DNA of 64,000 nt, taken from assembly GCA_963205305.1 (NCBI GenBank), contig CAUJIC010000021.1:1527-65526 (forward strand), written 5' to 3'. The notes under the pieces are model-generated. The model was not told the origin of the DNA, did not search any database, and saw only the letters and a list, made by a program, of their open reading frames with translations. This stretch comes from Pseudomonadota bacterium. GTDB lineage: Bacteria > Pseudomonadota > Alphaproteobacteria > Rickettsiales > UBA3002. Positions 26,993 to 38,069 of this stretch are shown piece by piece; the stretch's first letter is position 1; every line of letters starts with the position of its first letter. A program made the translations under genes and the position numbers.

Positions 26993-28249
26993 CTAGCTCT
27001 TCTTAGCTTTCTTCGGCGTTTCGTTGGTAAGCACCGCTTGCGCTTTGCCATTAATGACATCGCCCGTGATGATCACCTCGTTCACGTTTTCCATCCCTGG
27101 AATTTCGTACATCAGCTCCATCAGTGCTTCTTCCATAATCGCGCGCAGACCGCGTGCACCCGTTTTGCGGGCAATGGCCTTCGTTGCAATGGCGGTCAGC
27201 GCATCATCCGAGAATTTCAGCTCCACGCCTTCCATCTCGAACAGTTTACGGTACTGCTTGGTGAGTGCATTTTTGGGCTCGGTAAGGATGTTTTTCAGTG
27301 CATCCTCATCCAAATCGTCGAGCGTTGCAATCACGGGCAAGCGCCCAATGAACTCAGGAATCAGTCCGAATTTCAGCAGATCCTCAGGCTCCAACATGCG
27401 GAACATTTCACCAGGTTTCACTTCGTCGGTGTTACGCACATCGGCACCAAAACCAATGCTGGTGCCCTTTTGGCGGCGGGCGATAATCTTCTCGATACCC
27501 GAGAACGCACCACCACAGATGAACAGAATATTGCTCGTATCCACTTGCAAAAATTCCTGCTGCGGATGCTTACGGCCACCCTGTGGGGGAACGCTAGCCA
27601 CCGTGCCTTCCATGATTTTAAGCAGTGCTTGTTGCACGCCCTCACCTGAAACGTCGCGGGTGATGGAGGGGTTTTCCGATTTACGGGAAATTTTATCCAC
27701 CTCATCGATGTACACAATACCCTTCTGCGCGCGCTCGACGTTATAATCCGCCGCTTGCAGCAGACGCAAAATGATGTTCTCGACATCCTCCCCCACGTAA
27801 CCGGCTTCGGTCAGGGTCGTTGCATCGGCCATGGTGAATGGTACATCGAGAATCCGCGCCAGCGTTTGCGCGAGCAAGGTTTTACCCGAACCGGTTGGCC
27901 CAACCAGCAGAATGTTCGATTTAGCAATCTCGATTTCCTTGGATTTCTCCATTACAGCGATGCGTTTATAGTGGTTATGAACCGCCACCGAGAGCACCTT
28001 CTTCGCACGGCGCTGGCCAATCACATAATCATCGAGCACCTTGCTGATTTGCTGCGGTGTTACCAGCGCTTCGCTGGTTTCCGTCGTCACCGGCGATTTA
28101 TCGGCGGTGCGGATAATATCGACGCAGAGCTCCACACATTCGTCGCAGATGAATACGGTCGGACCCGCAATCAGCTTACGCACTTCATGTTCGCTTTTGC
28201 CGCAGAAGCTGCAATAGCGGGTGGTTTTAGTCTCGCGCGGCTTACTCAT
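26993..28249 (-). CDS. clpX: ATP-dependent Clp protease ATP-binding subunit ClpX
   Basis: Zinc finger [26 protein letters not shown], Walker A GPTGSGKT and IVYIDEVDK. Confidence 0.95.
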   Translation of the reverse strand: MSKPRETKTTRYCSFCGKSEHEVRKLIAGPTVFICDECVELCVDIIRTADKSPVTTETSEALVTPQQISKVLDDYVIGQRRAKKVLSVAVHNHYKRIAVMEKSKEIEIAKSNILLVGPTGSGKTLLAQTLARILDVPFTMADATTLTEAGYVGEDVENIILRLLQAADYNVERAQKGIVYIDEVDKISRKSENPSITRDVSGEGVQQALLKIMEGTVASVPPQGGRKHPQQEFLQVDTSNILFICGGAFSGIEKIIARRQKGTSIGFGADVRNTDEVKPGEMFRMLEPEDLLKFGLIPEFIGRLPVIATLDDLDEDALKNILTEPKNALTKQYRKLFEMEGVELKFSDDALTAIATKAIARKTGARGLRAIMEEALMELMYEIPGMENVNEVIITGDVINGKAQAVLTNETPKKAKKS

Positions 28250-28307
28250 ATTTCCTCACTTTAGGACGGGTTACATCCACAATTCACATTCCATGCCAAC
28301 GGCAGGG

Positions 28308-28976
28308 TTATTTTTTCTTTTTCTCGGCATCGCTGCGGCTAGCAACGATCTCATCGATAAGCCCAAATTTCTGAGCTGCTTCCGCGCTCATGAAATTATC
28401 GCGCTCCATCGCTTTTTCGATTGCTGGCAGTTTTTGGCCCGTATGCTTCACATACATGCCATTCAAACGGTGCCGCAGCGCAATAATCTCCGCTGCATGG
28501 ATCTCGATATCCGAGGCTTGACCGCGGAACCCACCGCTTGGCTGGTGAATCATAATGCGCGCGTTGGGCGTTGCATAGCGCATGCCTTCCGCGCCTGCGG
28601 TCAGCAGCAACGAACCCATCGAGCAGGCTTGGCCGATGCACAAGGTGGCCACTTTGGGCGAAATATATTGCATCGTGTCATAGACCGACAGCCCCGCCGT
28701 CACCACACCCCCAGGGGAGTTGATGTACATGAAGATGTCTTTCTCAGGGTTCTCTGACTCGAGGAACAGCAGCTGCGCCACAATCACCGAGCACATATGA
28801 TCCTCAACTTCCCCAGTCAGGAAGATGATGCGCTCCTTCAGCATGCGCGAGTAAATGTCATACGAGCGCTCGCCGCGTGCCGATTGCTCCACCACCATCG
28901 GAATCAAGGTCGCCTTTTCGGGGGTGCCGAGGCGGTCGTGGTAGGCATCAAGCATATCGTTGCGGTTGTAAATCAT
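28308..28976 (-). CDS. clpP: ATP-dependent Clp protease proteolytic subunit ClpP
   Basis: Motifs [39 protein letters not shown] and MIHQPSGG. Confidence 0.95.
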   Translation of the reverse strand: MIYNRNDMLDAYHDRLGTPEKATLIPMVVEQSARGERSYDIYSRMLKERIIFLTGEVEDHMCSVIVAQLLFLESENPEKDIFMYINSPGGVVTAGLSVYDTMQYISPKVATLCIGQACSMGSLLLTAGAEGMRYATPNARIMIHQPSGGFRGQASDIEIHAAEIIALRHRLNGMYVKHTGQKLPAIEKAMERDNFMSAEAAQKFGLIDEIVASRSDAEKKKK

Positions 28977-29107
28977 AACTACTCCTTGGTTTTATACTAC
29001 CACGCTGCACCAGCAAACGCACGCCGTCAAAACTCTACCATGCATTTGCGATGCCAATAGGTGAAAGATAGTGCAGTTGTGGGGTTATTGCCACTGTTGG
29101 CAGTGCG

Positions 29108-29142
29108 AAATAAAAACGCGCATGTTTTTGCATGCGCGTTTT
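29108..29142 (-). terminator. Terminator after tig
   Basis: Stem AACGCGCATG / CATGCGCGTT flanked by A and T runs. The minus-strand reading ends in TTTTTATTTC. Confidence 0.7.
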
Positions 29143-29169
29143 GTATTCCATTAACTCAGGAAAGAAGCC

Positions 29170-30510
29170 TTATTTCTTCGCCTTCTTCTTCGTTTTTGGC
29201 GCTTCCTCGTCTTCTTTCATCAGCTCTTCAATCGTCACCGCTTTTGGCTTGCGGGTCACTTTGGAGAGAATGAAATCAACCGATTTTTCCTCAAGGATTG
29301 GCCCGCGCAGCTCTTCGATTTGCTGCGGGTTTTTGCGGTAGAATTCGAACACCTTGTCTTCTTGGCCAGGGTAGTTGCGCGCTTGGCTCATCACGGCGGC
29401 GGAAAGCTCCTCACGCGTGATTTGCAGGTTGTTGCTGCGCGCCACATCCGAAAGCAGGATGCCCAAACGCACGCGGCGCTCGGAAATCGCTTCGTATTCT
29501 TCCTTCAACTGCGCTTCCGACTTATCCTTCAGCTCGGGGTCGCCAGCTTTTTTCGCTTCGGCCACTTGCTTCATGATGCTTTCGGATTCCATTTTCAGCA
29601 TGCTTGGGGGAATGTCGAAATTCGTCACTTCATCCAGCGCATCGAACAGTTGTTTTTTAGCTTTGCTGCGCGCAGCGGCCTTATATTCAAAATCAATCTG
29701 CTGACGCACGGCACCTTTCAGGTTCTCCAAATCGGTGAAGCCCATCGACACGGCCAATTTATCATCGATATCGGGGGCGTGCAGGCGCAGCACTTCGTGC
29801 ACCGTTACATCGAACGTGGCTGCGGCCCCCGCAAGGTCAGCGCTGTGGTATTCTTTGGGGAAGTTCACGCTGATGGTGCGCTCGTCGCCCGCTTTCATGC
29901 CCACCAATTGCTCCTCGAAACCAGGGATAAATTGGTTGCTGCCCAGCTCGAGCTGGAAGCCTTTGCCTTCGCCACCGCTGAATGGCACGCCATCTTTTTT
30001 ACCGAGGAAGTCGATTTTGGTCACATGGCCAATTTCCGCCGCGCCATCATGCGCGTGGGTGTGCTGGCGGGTTTTGGCAAGGCGAGTCAGCGCTTGCTCT
30101 ACTTCTGCTTCTGGCAGCTCGTAGGTCAGCTCATCGACGGTGATTTTTGCAAAATCAATGGCAGGAATTTCGGGCATCACTTCCACGGTGATATCGAATG
30201 CCAAATCTTTACCTTCCTCGAAGCTTACAATCTTTACATCGGGCTGAAGCGCGGGGCGCAGTTTCTTTTGCTCCACCACATCCTGCGTGGCTTTGTTTAC
30301 GGTGTTTTGCAGCACATCGCCCATCACATCTTTGCTGTATTTCTGGCGCAGCACATTCATCGGCACCTTGCCAGGGCGGAAGCCAGGCATTTTCACTTTC
30401 TTGCTGATGGATTGCAGCTCGGCATCCATTTGCGCGGCGACTTCGCTCGCGGGGACAACCACATGGAAGCTGTGGGCGAGGCCAGATTGTTCTTTAGCGG
30501 TGATTTGCAT
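29170..30510 (-). CDS. tig: Trigger factor
   Basis: Start MQITAKEQSGLAHSF at 30510, inside the longer ORF running to 30630. Contains GFRPGKVP and an FKBP-type middle domain. Confidence 0.9.
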   Translation of the reverse strand: MQITAKEQSGLAHSFHVVVPASEVAAQMDAELQSISKKVKMPGFRPGKVPMNVLRQKYSKDVMGDVLQNTVNKATQDVVEQKKLRPALQPDVKIVSFEEGKDLAFDITVEVMPEIPAIDFAKITVDELTYELPEAEVEQALTRLAKTRQHTHAHDGAAEIGHVTKIDFLGKKDGVPFSGGEGKGFQLELGSNQFIPGFEEQLVGMKAGDERTISVNFPKEYHSADLAGAAATFDVTVHEVLRLHAPDIDDKLAVSMGFTDLENLKGAVRQQIDFEYKAAARSKAKKQLFDALDEVTNFDIPPSMLKMESESIMKQVAEAKKAGDPELKDKSEAQLKEEYEAISERRVRLGILLSDVARSNNLQITREELSAAVMSQARNYPGQEDKVFEFYRKNPQQIEELRGPILEEKSVDFILSKVTRKPKAVTIEELMKEDEEAPKTKKKAKK

Positions 30511-30533
30511 GATTCTCTCTCGTAATAAAAGGT

Positions 30534-30577
30534 AAAAAAAGGCTGGCGGGCTTATTGGCACAGCTAGCCGCCCCCAG
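30534..30577 (-). terminator. Putative terminator closing the polysaccharide operon ahead of tig
   Basis: Imperfect GC-rich hairpin (GCTGGGGGCGGC...GCCCGCCAGC on the minus strand) followed by T7. Confidence 0.45.
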
Positions 30578-30678
30578 CAAGGGGATTTTGTGCGCGATTT
30601 ACCCCTCATCGTGGGCCAAATGAACGCCATATTTTACAAATATCAATTAAATATCAATGCTTAAGTGGCATGCTGGCC

Positions 30679-31803
30679 CTATGAATCGGCCAGCCCAAAC
30701 AGCTCGCGCAAACGGCTGGCAAAGGCCACGGGCGAGAAATGGGCGTGAATATGCTGTGCGCCCGCCGCCCCCATGCGCTCGGCCTCGGCAGGGTTCGCGG
30801 CAAGTTTCAGCATCGCATCTGCCGCCGCTGCCACATCCCCTTTCGCGATAAAATAGCCCGTCGCCCCCTCCACCAAAATTTCCTGCGGGCCACCGCTCCT
30901 CGTCGCAATCACTGGCACCCCCGCGCCCGACGCTTCAAGCACCGTCATCGAGAAAGATTCCGATTCCGAAAAATTGAGTGCCGCATAGGCATCGGCCAAC
31001 ACGGTGGCGCCATCACGCGTGGCATCATGAAAGGTAATCCGATTCGCATAAGCGCTTTGCTTTGCGGTTGCTTCCAGCTCAGCGCGGTAATCGCGGTTTT
31101 TTTGCAAACCCATATCGCCACCATAAAAATGGAGGCGCAAGGTACTATCCTTCTCGGCTGCTTTCATGAATGCTGCGAGTGCAACATCCTGCCCCTTGCC
31201 GCGAATATAATTGCCAATCATCACGAATCTTTTTTCATCCGCCGCGCCCCACTGTTTGGGGGTGCGGGCGGCGCCTGCAAAATAATCATACACCACGTCG
31301 CTACGAATGGCAGGCGCAAGCAATTGTTGAACGAACACCGACACCGCCACCACGCGGCTGCTACTGCGCGCCATCAGCCACAGCATTGGTTTTGCCAGTG
31401 CACCTGCAAAACGCGTGGGGTCGCAACGCACCCACGTTACCACGGTGCCCCCAAACCCCAACAGCCGCAGCAACAGTCCGTGCATCAGGTAAAAATCATT
31501 CACCATCAACCCTGTGGCACCGTCGCGCGCCATCAGACGACGCAAGCGCCATGCGCCCATGCATAGCTGCGGCACATAATGCAGCACTGCTGAAATGTTT
31601 TTGGATAGAGGGGGCACAGCGATGCGCTCCACCCGATAAAAATCCTGCAATGCATCGGCCGGAATGGCGTGCGTGTTCGGCAACACCAATACTACCCGCG
31701 CCGCGCCTTGAAGCGCACGCTCCGTGTTGCGCGCGGCAGCAAACGCCCCCGTCACCGCCACCGACGCATCAAGAATATAGAGAATGGGCAGCGCGCTATT
31801 CAT
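30679..31803 (-). CDS. Glycosyltransferase family 4 (GT-B)
   Basis: 374 aa. C-terminal EX7E region NFSESESFSMTVLEASGAGVPVIATRSGGPQEIL. Confidence 0.8.
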   Translation of the reverse strand: MNSALPILYILDASVAVTGAFAAARNTERALQGAARVVLVLPNTHAIPADALQDFYRVERIAVPPLSKNISAVLHYVPQLCMGAWRLRRLMARDGATGLMVNDFYLMHGLLLRLLGFGGTVVTWVRCDPTRFAGALAKPMLWLMARSSSRVVAVSVFVQQLLAPAIRSDVVYDYFAGAARTPKQWGAADEKRFVMIGNYIRGKGQDVALAAFMKAAEKDSTLRLHFYGGDMGLQKNRDYRAELEATAKQSAYANRITFHDATRDGATVLADAYAALNFSESESFSMTVLEASGAGVPVIATRSGGPQEILVEGATGYFIAKGDVAAAADAMLKLAANPAEAERMGAAGAQHIHAHFSPVAFASRLRELFGLADS

Positions 31804-32557
31804 GATGTTTCTTCGTTGCCAACGCGTGAGTAATTGCCTCGCGCGGCCATAGCGCTACATAGCGGGGGAAGTCGATTCCACGTCGGTAATCGGGCAACAG
31901 CGCAAGCGGTTTGGGGAAGTTGAATGGCGGGCGTTCAAAATCAATCATCCGAAAGCCGACTTGTGCAATATCCAAATTGCGATGCAGCCATCGCGCGCGG
32001 TGGGTGGTCAGCAACACATACGGAATTTCTGAAGCTACAAAGCGTTCTAGTGCCGCACAAATATCCACAAACGGCAAATGAAATAGGCAATCACGACAAT
32101 GCCACACATCCGCACGAGGGAAATCATCACGGCAAATATCAAAGTGACGAATAGAAAGCGATGGGTGCTGTTGAGTTAGCTTTGCTACTAACGTTGTTGA
32201 AATATCGCCACCTTGGTAATCAATTGCACTTTGCTCAATCACGAGCGGCATCCAGTTCAAGTCACCACACGGTGCATCAAATACAGCTTGAAATTTTTGC
32301 TGTTGAATAAGCGCCAGTAGCGCCGAACGATAGCGCTCTGTTTTCACAAGCTCGCTACCCACACCGCTGCTTGATTCGTGCGAACCCCAAAAATTCTTGG
32401 CATAAATCTCATCAAAACTTTTTGCCTTATTTACCGCCCCCAGCGTGTATTCAAACGCTCGCGGGAACGGATTAATACCCAATGGTTTTCCGATGATATT
32501 CACCATGCGCCGCACAATCAGCGGCACCCATGCATGCACATCCACGCTATTGTCCAT
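31796..32557 (-). CDS. Putative class I SAM-dependent methyltransferase
   Basis: 253 aa. Motifs WGSHESSSGVGS and VFDAPCGDLNWM (motif I-like), followed by a Rossmann-like pattern. Confidence 0.55.
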   Translation of the reverse strand: MDNSVDVHAWVPLIVRRMVNIIGKPLGINPFPRAFEYTLGAVNKAKSFDEIYAKNFWGSHESSSGVGSELVKTERYRSALLALIQQQKFQAVFDAPCGDLNWMPLVIEQSAIDYQGGDISTTLVAKLTQQHPSLSIRHFDICRDDFPRADVWHCRDCLFHLPFVDICAALERFVASEIPYVLLTTHRARWLHRNLDIAQVGFRMIDFERPPFNFPKPLALLPDYRRGIDFPRYVALWPREAITHALATKKHHE

Positions 32558-34505
32558 GTTTCAGCACTCCATCCAGTGTCAGGCGCGCGCCAAAACGTTT
32601 CTCACCCGCTTCACTATAGTGATTTCTATCCTTCCAATAGGTGACATCGCAGGTCATAAAATCCTTCGCCATATCGAGCTTCACGCTATCGATCTGCGAG
32701 CGATACTCGAGCCCAGAGGCGCTGACTTGTTTTTCTATCGCATCATCCAACTGTGCAAATATTTCTACCTGATTGGGGCGCAGCGCAAAGGGATAATCGC
32801 AGCCTAGGTGAATCACCGCATGCTCATTAATTTCTGGTTCTAACCGTGGCCCCAGCCAGATGATACGCGCATGAGGGGCGAGTGTTTTTAGGTAAGAAAT
32901 CACGCTATTCACATGCTCCTTATTAGTTGCAAAATCAGACACGCGCGCATCGAGCGGCAACCCAGAAATCATGTCTTGGTCTATCTCGCTTCCACGTGCA
33001 TCGACAAACAAATGCCAGCCTGCCTGCTCGTAAATAATCGTGTGGAACAGATTAGAATGCGCTCTCAAGAGCACCTGCAGTTTATCGTAATTACAGGTTG
33101 GTAGCGGCGCATAAGCACGGCACATGCCCTGTCCCAAGCCAACCATGAAGGGGCGCGTGCCAATTTTCACCTTCAGCAGATGGAACATGTTCATCGCGTG
33201 CGAGTCACCCGTCACCGCAATGCCTTTACCGTATTTTTTGGCGCAAGCTACTATGCGCTCGCCCACTTCGGGCGTCAGGCTGTTGGCGTTAAAAATACAA
33301 TCGCCATTATCGAAATCAAAATTGCGGGCGCGCTCGTGATCAATCAGTGCAAAAGCGCGGCGCTGGTTTTCTGGCGCATTTTTTGTCCACTGCGCCAAAC
33401 GCCCCTGTGTGAGGTGGCCATGAACACCAGCTGCAAGGAGTAGTAATGCTACAGCAACCGCTGCCAACAATGCAGGGCGATTGGCCACATAACGCGGATG
33501 GGTTTTAAGGCGGAACGGCTGTTCGACATATTTCCATGTCAGCGCCCCAAGCAGAAGCGCCAAGGCAGAAAGCCCAAGCATCAGGCTCACGCTAGGCGTG
33601 TTAAACGAACGAATGTGCGCGAACGCAAATAACGGGTGATGCCACAGATATGCGCTGTAACTAACCAGCCCCACCGCAACCACAGGCCGCCACGAAAGCA
33701 GCCGCGAAGCGATAGTATCGTTCGTCGCAAACAGCAACACCAGTGCCGTACCAAGAACGGGGGCAAGCATAGATGCCGATGGTAGACGCATATGTTCATT
33801 AAAAAGAAATACTGCCGCACCAATCAAACCTAGGCCGATGAGCGCCAGCGCATCATTCTTTTTTGGCGGATGGTTCAGATGCGCAAATGCGCAGAGCGAC
33901 CCAACCAACAACTCCCACGCGCGCGTGGGCAGCAAAAAGAAATTCGCGCTCGGGGCATAGCGCGATGCATACTCGCATGCCGCAAAGCTAATGAGCGCGG
34001 CCAAACCCACACCAATAAGCGCAGGTTTTTTGCCCATACGCCATAGTAGCCACAGCGCTAGCGGAAACAGCACATAATATTGCTCCTCCACTCCAAGGCT
34101 CCACGTATGCAGCAGTGGTTTTTCGGATGCCTCGGCTGCGAAATAGCCGCTTTCACGCCAGAAAAACAGGTTCGATACAAACCCCACCACCGCTATAAGG
34201 CTGCGCGAGAACGGCGCAACTTGCGAGGGCAACATCCACATCCATGCAAACGGAATAGTAAGCAGCATCACACAGAAAAGTGCTGGCAAAATACGCCGAG
34301 CACGTCGCGCATAAAAGCGGCGGATAGAGAAATTTCCACCCGCTAGTTCGTTCAATAAAATACCCGTGATGAGATAGCCTGAGATAACAAAAAATACATC
34401 CACACCGACGAAACCACCGCCAAACGCGCTAAACCCCGCATGAAATAAAATCACTGGCAATACCGCCAGTGCGCGCAGGCCATCAATCTCGGGGCGATGC
34501 TTCAT
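32547..34505 (-). CDS. Acyltransferase-3 family O-acetyltransferase with C-terminal SGNH domain
   Basis: 652 aa. N-terminal RPEIDGLRALAVLPVILFHAG...GVDVFFVISGYLIT and about 10 TM helices. The C-terminal domain carries GDSHAMN. Confidence 0.85.
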   Translation of the reverse strand: MKHRPEIDGLRALAVLPVILFHAGFSAFGGGFVGVDVFFVISGYLITGILLNELAGGNFSIRRFYARRARRILPALFCVMLLTIPFAWMWMLPSQVAPFSRSLIAVVGFVSNLFFWRESGYFAAEASEKPLLHTWSLGVEEQYYVLFPLALWLLWRMGKKPALIGVGLAALISFAACEYASRYAPSANFFLLPTRAWELLVGSLCAFAHLNHPPKKNDALALIGLGLIGAAVFLFNEHMRLPSASMLAPVLGTALVLLFATNDTIASRLLSWRPVVAVGLVSYSAYLWHHPLFAFAHIRSFNTPSVSLMLGLSALALLLGALTWKYVEQPFRLKTHPRYVANRPALLAAVAVALLLLAAGVHGHLTQGRLAQWTKNAPENQRRAFALIDHERARNFDFDNGDCIFNANSLTPEVGERIVACAKKYGKGIAVTGDSHAMNMFHLLKVKIGTRPFMVGLGQGMCRAYAPLPTCNYDKLQVLLRAHSNLFHTIIYEQAGWHLFVDARGSEIDQDMISGLPLDARVSDFATNKEHVNSVISYLKTLAPHARIIWLGPRLEPEINEHAVIHLGCDYPFALRPNQVEIFAQLDDAIEKQVSASGLEYRSQIDSVKLDMAKDFMTCDVTYWKDRNHYSEAGEKRFGARLTLDGVLKHGQ

Positions 34506-35734
34506 CGTGGCTCAAACTCCGTTAGCAAATGCTTCCATTTTTCGCCCACCGTTGCAAGGTCGAAATCATAGGGCCTCTTTGCAATAGCAGCGCTGAGCGC
34601 CTGCACATGAGCAAGTGATTGCGCAAGCGTGTTCACCCACACAGCTTCATATTCTGGCGCATCGATGCGTGGCATCAGCGTACCAAAATCCACCGTGGTA
34701 GCGCGTGTGGTGGGGTATGGATCCGCAGTATCTGGCGGTGTGGCGCACATAATCGTCCGCACGCCCCATGGCGTATCTGCTGCCACCACAGGCACACCTG
34801 CAATCATGGCCTCCAGCAGCACGCTCGGGAACCCCTCCGTCGCCGAAGCCATCGCATAAACACGGCCAAGTGCCATCAGCGGCAACACATTTTTCTGGTA
34901 GCCTGCGAAAATAACACTGCTCACGTCTGCGGTCATATCGTCCATCGCCAACCCATGCGTGCCGCACAGCGCGCGTAATTCTGGCATCATTGGACCATCA
35001 CCAATCAGCAACAATTTGATGCCAGTGTGTGTTTTGGAAAGCGCTCCCACGACCCGAATCAGGTGATGAAACCCCTTCTCCACCGCCAGCCTTCCCGCTG
35101 CCACAATCACAGGCTGGCCCTTGAGTGCGCGAAATGCCTCGGGCGCATCTTCTTGCAGTCGCAACGCGAGTGTCGCACTATCGATGAACGGCGGAATCAC
35201 CCTCACTTTACCGAGTGTTTTGGGGGTTGCTGCCTTTCGAATCTCATACTTCAACCCCGCCGAGACAGGGACAATCCGCGCAGCCAACGCATAAATAATC
35301 GGATCTAAGAAATACTGGAACAATACGCGCTGACGCCGCGATGCTGCAGAGTCGAACATACGCGAACCGCGCAGGGAAACGATAGTGCGCCGATTGACAC
35401 CCGCCAGCACATTCACCGCATTTGGGCCCGAGAGAAAGCTGATCGTTGCATCGTGCTGTTGCTTCAAGCGCCGCACGCGCCAAATGCGCCGCAACCAACG
35501 CAGCAGGTGGTGTTGCCGATGTGGTGTGTCAAGCAGCGTCACTGAAGCATCGAGCTTTTCGTGCCCCGCAGCATACTTTTTAGCGTTGCCATAATCTGCC
35601 GTAAATAACGCCACGGTCACATCCATCGATTCTGCGAGGAAATTTGCTAACCGAATGAACGAGGTTTCCGCCCCGCCATAGCCAAGCTGGGTGATGAGCA
35701 TCAACACTCGGCGTCGCGCACTCATGCAAACCAC
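34502..35734 (-). CDS. Glycosyltransferase family 4
   Basis: 410 aa. Motifs LITQLGYGGAE, GRLAVEKGF and SATEGFPSVLLEAMIAGVPVVA. Confidence 0.8.
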   Translation of the reverse strand: MVCMSARRRVLMLITQLGYGGAETSFIRLANFLAESMDVTVALFTADYGNAKKYAAGHEKLDASVTLLDTPHRQHHLLRWLRRIWRVRRLKQQHDATISFLSGPNAVNVLAGVNRRTIVSLRGSRMFDSAASRRQRVLFQYFLDPIIYALAARIVPVSAGLKYEIRKAATPKTLGKVRVIPPFIDSATLALRLQEDAPEAFRALKGQPVIVAAGRLAVEKGFHHLIRVVGALSKTHTGIKLLLIGDGPMMPELRALCGTHGLAMDDMTADVSSVIFAGYQKNVLPLMALGRVYAMASATEGFPSVLLEAMIAGVPVVAADTPWGVRTIMCATPPDTADPYPTTRATTVDFGTLMPRIDAPEYEAVWVNTLAQSLAHVQALSAAIAKRPYDFDLATVGEKWKHLLTEFEPR

Positions 35735-36825
35735 CGCTTCATTTCGGTGAGCGCTGCCATCGAGGCAATGCGGTTACGTTTCACATCTGCCGCAATGGCT
35801 GAGTCATCCACCAACGCAGCATCCGCAATCGCTTGCGCCCATGCAGTTGAATCCTCAGCCACCACAAGGCGGCTTGCGTTGGGCAACATGGCGTGCACCT
35901 GTTCCATTTTCGGTTCAATATTCACAATCACCGAGGGCACACCCACGCAGGCACCGCAAATAGAGGCATGCGCTCGGCTGGTTAGCAATACATCCATTGC
36001 GCCAAGTTTTGTGGCGAACTCCGCCACAGTCATTTTGCTAGGTTGCCAAATATGTGTGGGGTATGAAGCCAGCACACGCTGCATGATGGGGTCGTGTTTT
36101 GCATCGAGAATGAAGCCGCTGATGTCGTAATCCTTGGCGAGCGCAGCCACTATTTGGTTAAGCGCAGGTTCTGTCATGCCCGCCCAATCGCGTAAGCCAA
36201 TGCCAAGGCGCGGGCGGCTTGCAGGCATGCGCGCAGGCGGTGCTTCGGGCAGCCAATCATCGGTTAAAAATGCCAAGTCGGAACCCATGATGCGTTCATC
36301 ATGCATGATGGATGCGAAGCGTTTTAATTGTTCCCCACTCTGTGGGTCGCGCAGCCACAGCGCATCGAATTCCGCCAGCATATGCAAACGGCTACGCAGA
36401 TAAGGCGAGCCTACGGAAAACCCACCGACACCAATGCCCAACCCAAGGCGACGCTTCGTGACAATGCGCGGACGATGCAACACACGACGCGCTATTTTTT
36501 CTGCACATAGATAATTGTTGAAGCCAAAAACCATCAGTATTGTTTCAAGTGCACGCTGGAAAAACCCGTGGCGAGCGAAATCGAAAAACACGCCGCCGCC
36601 GCCATGCACAATCATATCGAAATGCGCGCTGGCATTGGTGGGCACCACCGCCACCTGAGGCAACATGGCCGCCACATACAATGCATTGGGGGCATCGGTC
36701 ATCAGCGTTATTTCAGCGTTAGGCACCAAGCGGCGGATGATGTTGAAGGTGACTAGCATCAACACGTCGTCGCCAAAATTGGCGTAGCCATAAAAGCCCT
36801 TCATCAGCACGCGCGTGGTCGTCAT
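35722..36825 (-). CDS. Polysaccharide pyruvyl transferase family protein
   Basis: 367 aa. The N-terminal KGFYGYANFGDDVLM matches the CsaB/PF04230-type G-x-x-N-x-GD motif. Confidence 0.65.
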   Translation of the reverse strand: MTTTRVLMKGFYGYANFGDDVLMLVTFNIIRRLVPNAEITLMTDAPNALYVAAMLPQVAVVPTNASAHFDMIVHGGGGVFFDFARHGFFQRALETILMVFGFNNYLCAEKIARRVLHRPRIVTKRRLGLGIGVGGFSVGSPYLRSRLHMLAEFDALWLRDPQSGEQLKRFASIMHDERIMGSDLAFLTDDWLPEAPPARMPASRPRLGIGLRDWAGMTEPALNQIVAALAKDYDISGFILDAKHDPIMQRVLASYPTHIWQPSKMTVAEFATKLGAMDVLLTSRAHASICGACVGVPSVIVNIEPKMEQVHAMLPNASRLVVAEDSTAWAQAIADAALVDDSAIAADVKRNRIASMAALTEMKRWFA

Positions 36826-38069
36826 TGTGCCCTCGCCGCGATGAGTTGGTTCACCTGCGACAGTAACTGTGCCACTACGTGCGAGGCCGCGTAGCGCACA
36901 GGCGCTGGCTTAGCGGGCGTAGCGCGCAACTGAGTCAAATTCTCGATACGCGCAATCAAGCACTGCGCCAGTGCTTGCGGGTTGTTGGCTGTTACCGCCC
37001 AGCCATAACCTTGCGCGCATAGCACATCGGTCTCGCTTGCCTTGGGTGTAATGGCGAGCAGTGGCTTTTCGAGCGCGAAACATTCCAACACCTTCGAGGG
37101 CATGAAGCAATTACCCAGCGGGTGCGCCAAATCGGGCTCGATGCTCAGTACCATATCCGCCGCCACTTGCACCGCGCACGACGCGGCATACGAAACCGAG
37201 CCATGGTAATGAATCACATCGGGCACGGCGCGCAACATGCTAAGCGAGGGCTCCTGCGCTTTACCGTACACATCGACCCACAGACGCTTCAGCAATTCTG
37301 GTCGCGATAGGCGCATACAATCGATTGCGGCAATCAGCGGGGCAATCGAACGTTCGCCGTATAAGTTACCCGCAAACACTAGGTGCAAACAATCATCCGT
37401 CGCGGGTGCAGGGGCTGCGGCGCGCCACGCTTCAACCTCTTCGGGCTCGGGCATCACATTCGGGCAAATACTAATTTTCGATGCATAATCTGGATATTTT
37501 CGGCAGTAATGTTCCGCTTGGCCATGGGTGGTCAGTGTAATCGCATCCGCGCGTGCGAAACAGGCCGCCTCTAGTTTTTCATTCGCGGCACTAGGTTTAC
37601 CATAGGGGCTATCCGCCCACGGATCACTCAGATGCATAATCCATGGAACATCCAGCTTATTCGCCAGTTTCAGGGCAATCACCGCCGCACTCATGGGGTA
37701 GGAACGCGAGTAAATCACATCGGGCTTTTCGGTTAGCGCGCGCAGCACGCGCGAGGTCAGCCCAATCATCCAGCACAATGCATCGGGCATATGAAACCGC
37801 GCCAACCGATGCGACATAAGCAGGCGCTTGGTGAAGCGGTGCAAAGGCAAGCCCAGCCATTGCGTATCGAAATGCGTGAGCGTTAGCTCGAGCGATGCAT
37901 CGCGCCCTGACCATGTGCCAGCGGCGCCATCGGGGCGCATCGTCACCAATCGCCCACGCGCCGATGTGTCGAGCTGTAAAAGAATCCGCCGCACCTGAAT
38001 TGCCTCGGCCGCGTTCTGTGGCGGCGCACATGGGGCTATGACCAGCAGGTTGGGGCGTTCCTGCGTCAT
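36822..38069 (-). CDS. Putative glycosyltransferase (GT-B like)
   Basis: 415 aa. Two-Rossmann layout with LVFAGNLYG and a C-terminal sugar-donor domain pattern. Weaker motifs than its neighbours. Confidence 0.5.
   Translation of the reverse strand: MTQERPNLLVIAPCAPPQNAAEAIQVRRILLQLDTSARGRLVTMRPDGAAGTWSGRDASLELTLTHFDTQWLGLPLHRFTKRLLMSHRLARFHMPDALCWMIGLTSRVLRALTEKPDVIYSRSYPMSAAVIALKLANKLDVPWIMHLSDPWADSPYGKPSAANEKLEAACFARADAITLTTHGQAEHYCRKYPDYASKISICPNVMPEPEEVEAWRAAAPAPATDDCLHLVFAGNLYGERSIAPLIAAIDCMRLSRPELLKRLWVDVYGKAQEPSLSMLRAVPDVIHYHGSVSYAASCAVQVAADMVLSIEPDLAHPLGNCFMPSKVLECFALEKPLLAITPKASETDVLCAQGYGWAVTANNPQALAQCLIARIENLTQLRATPAKPAPVRYAASHVVAQLLSQVNQLIAARAQ

Noticed and set aside
29320-30525. 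401-aa + strand ORF
   Set aside because: It is antisense to trigger factor and is a shadow frame of a GC3-biased gene.
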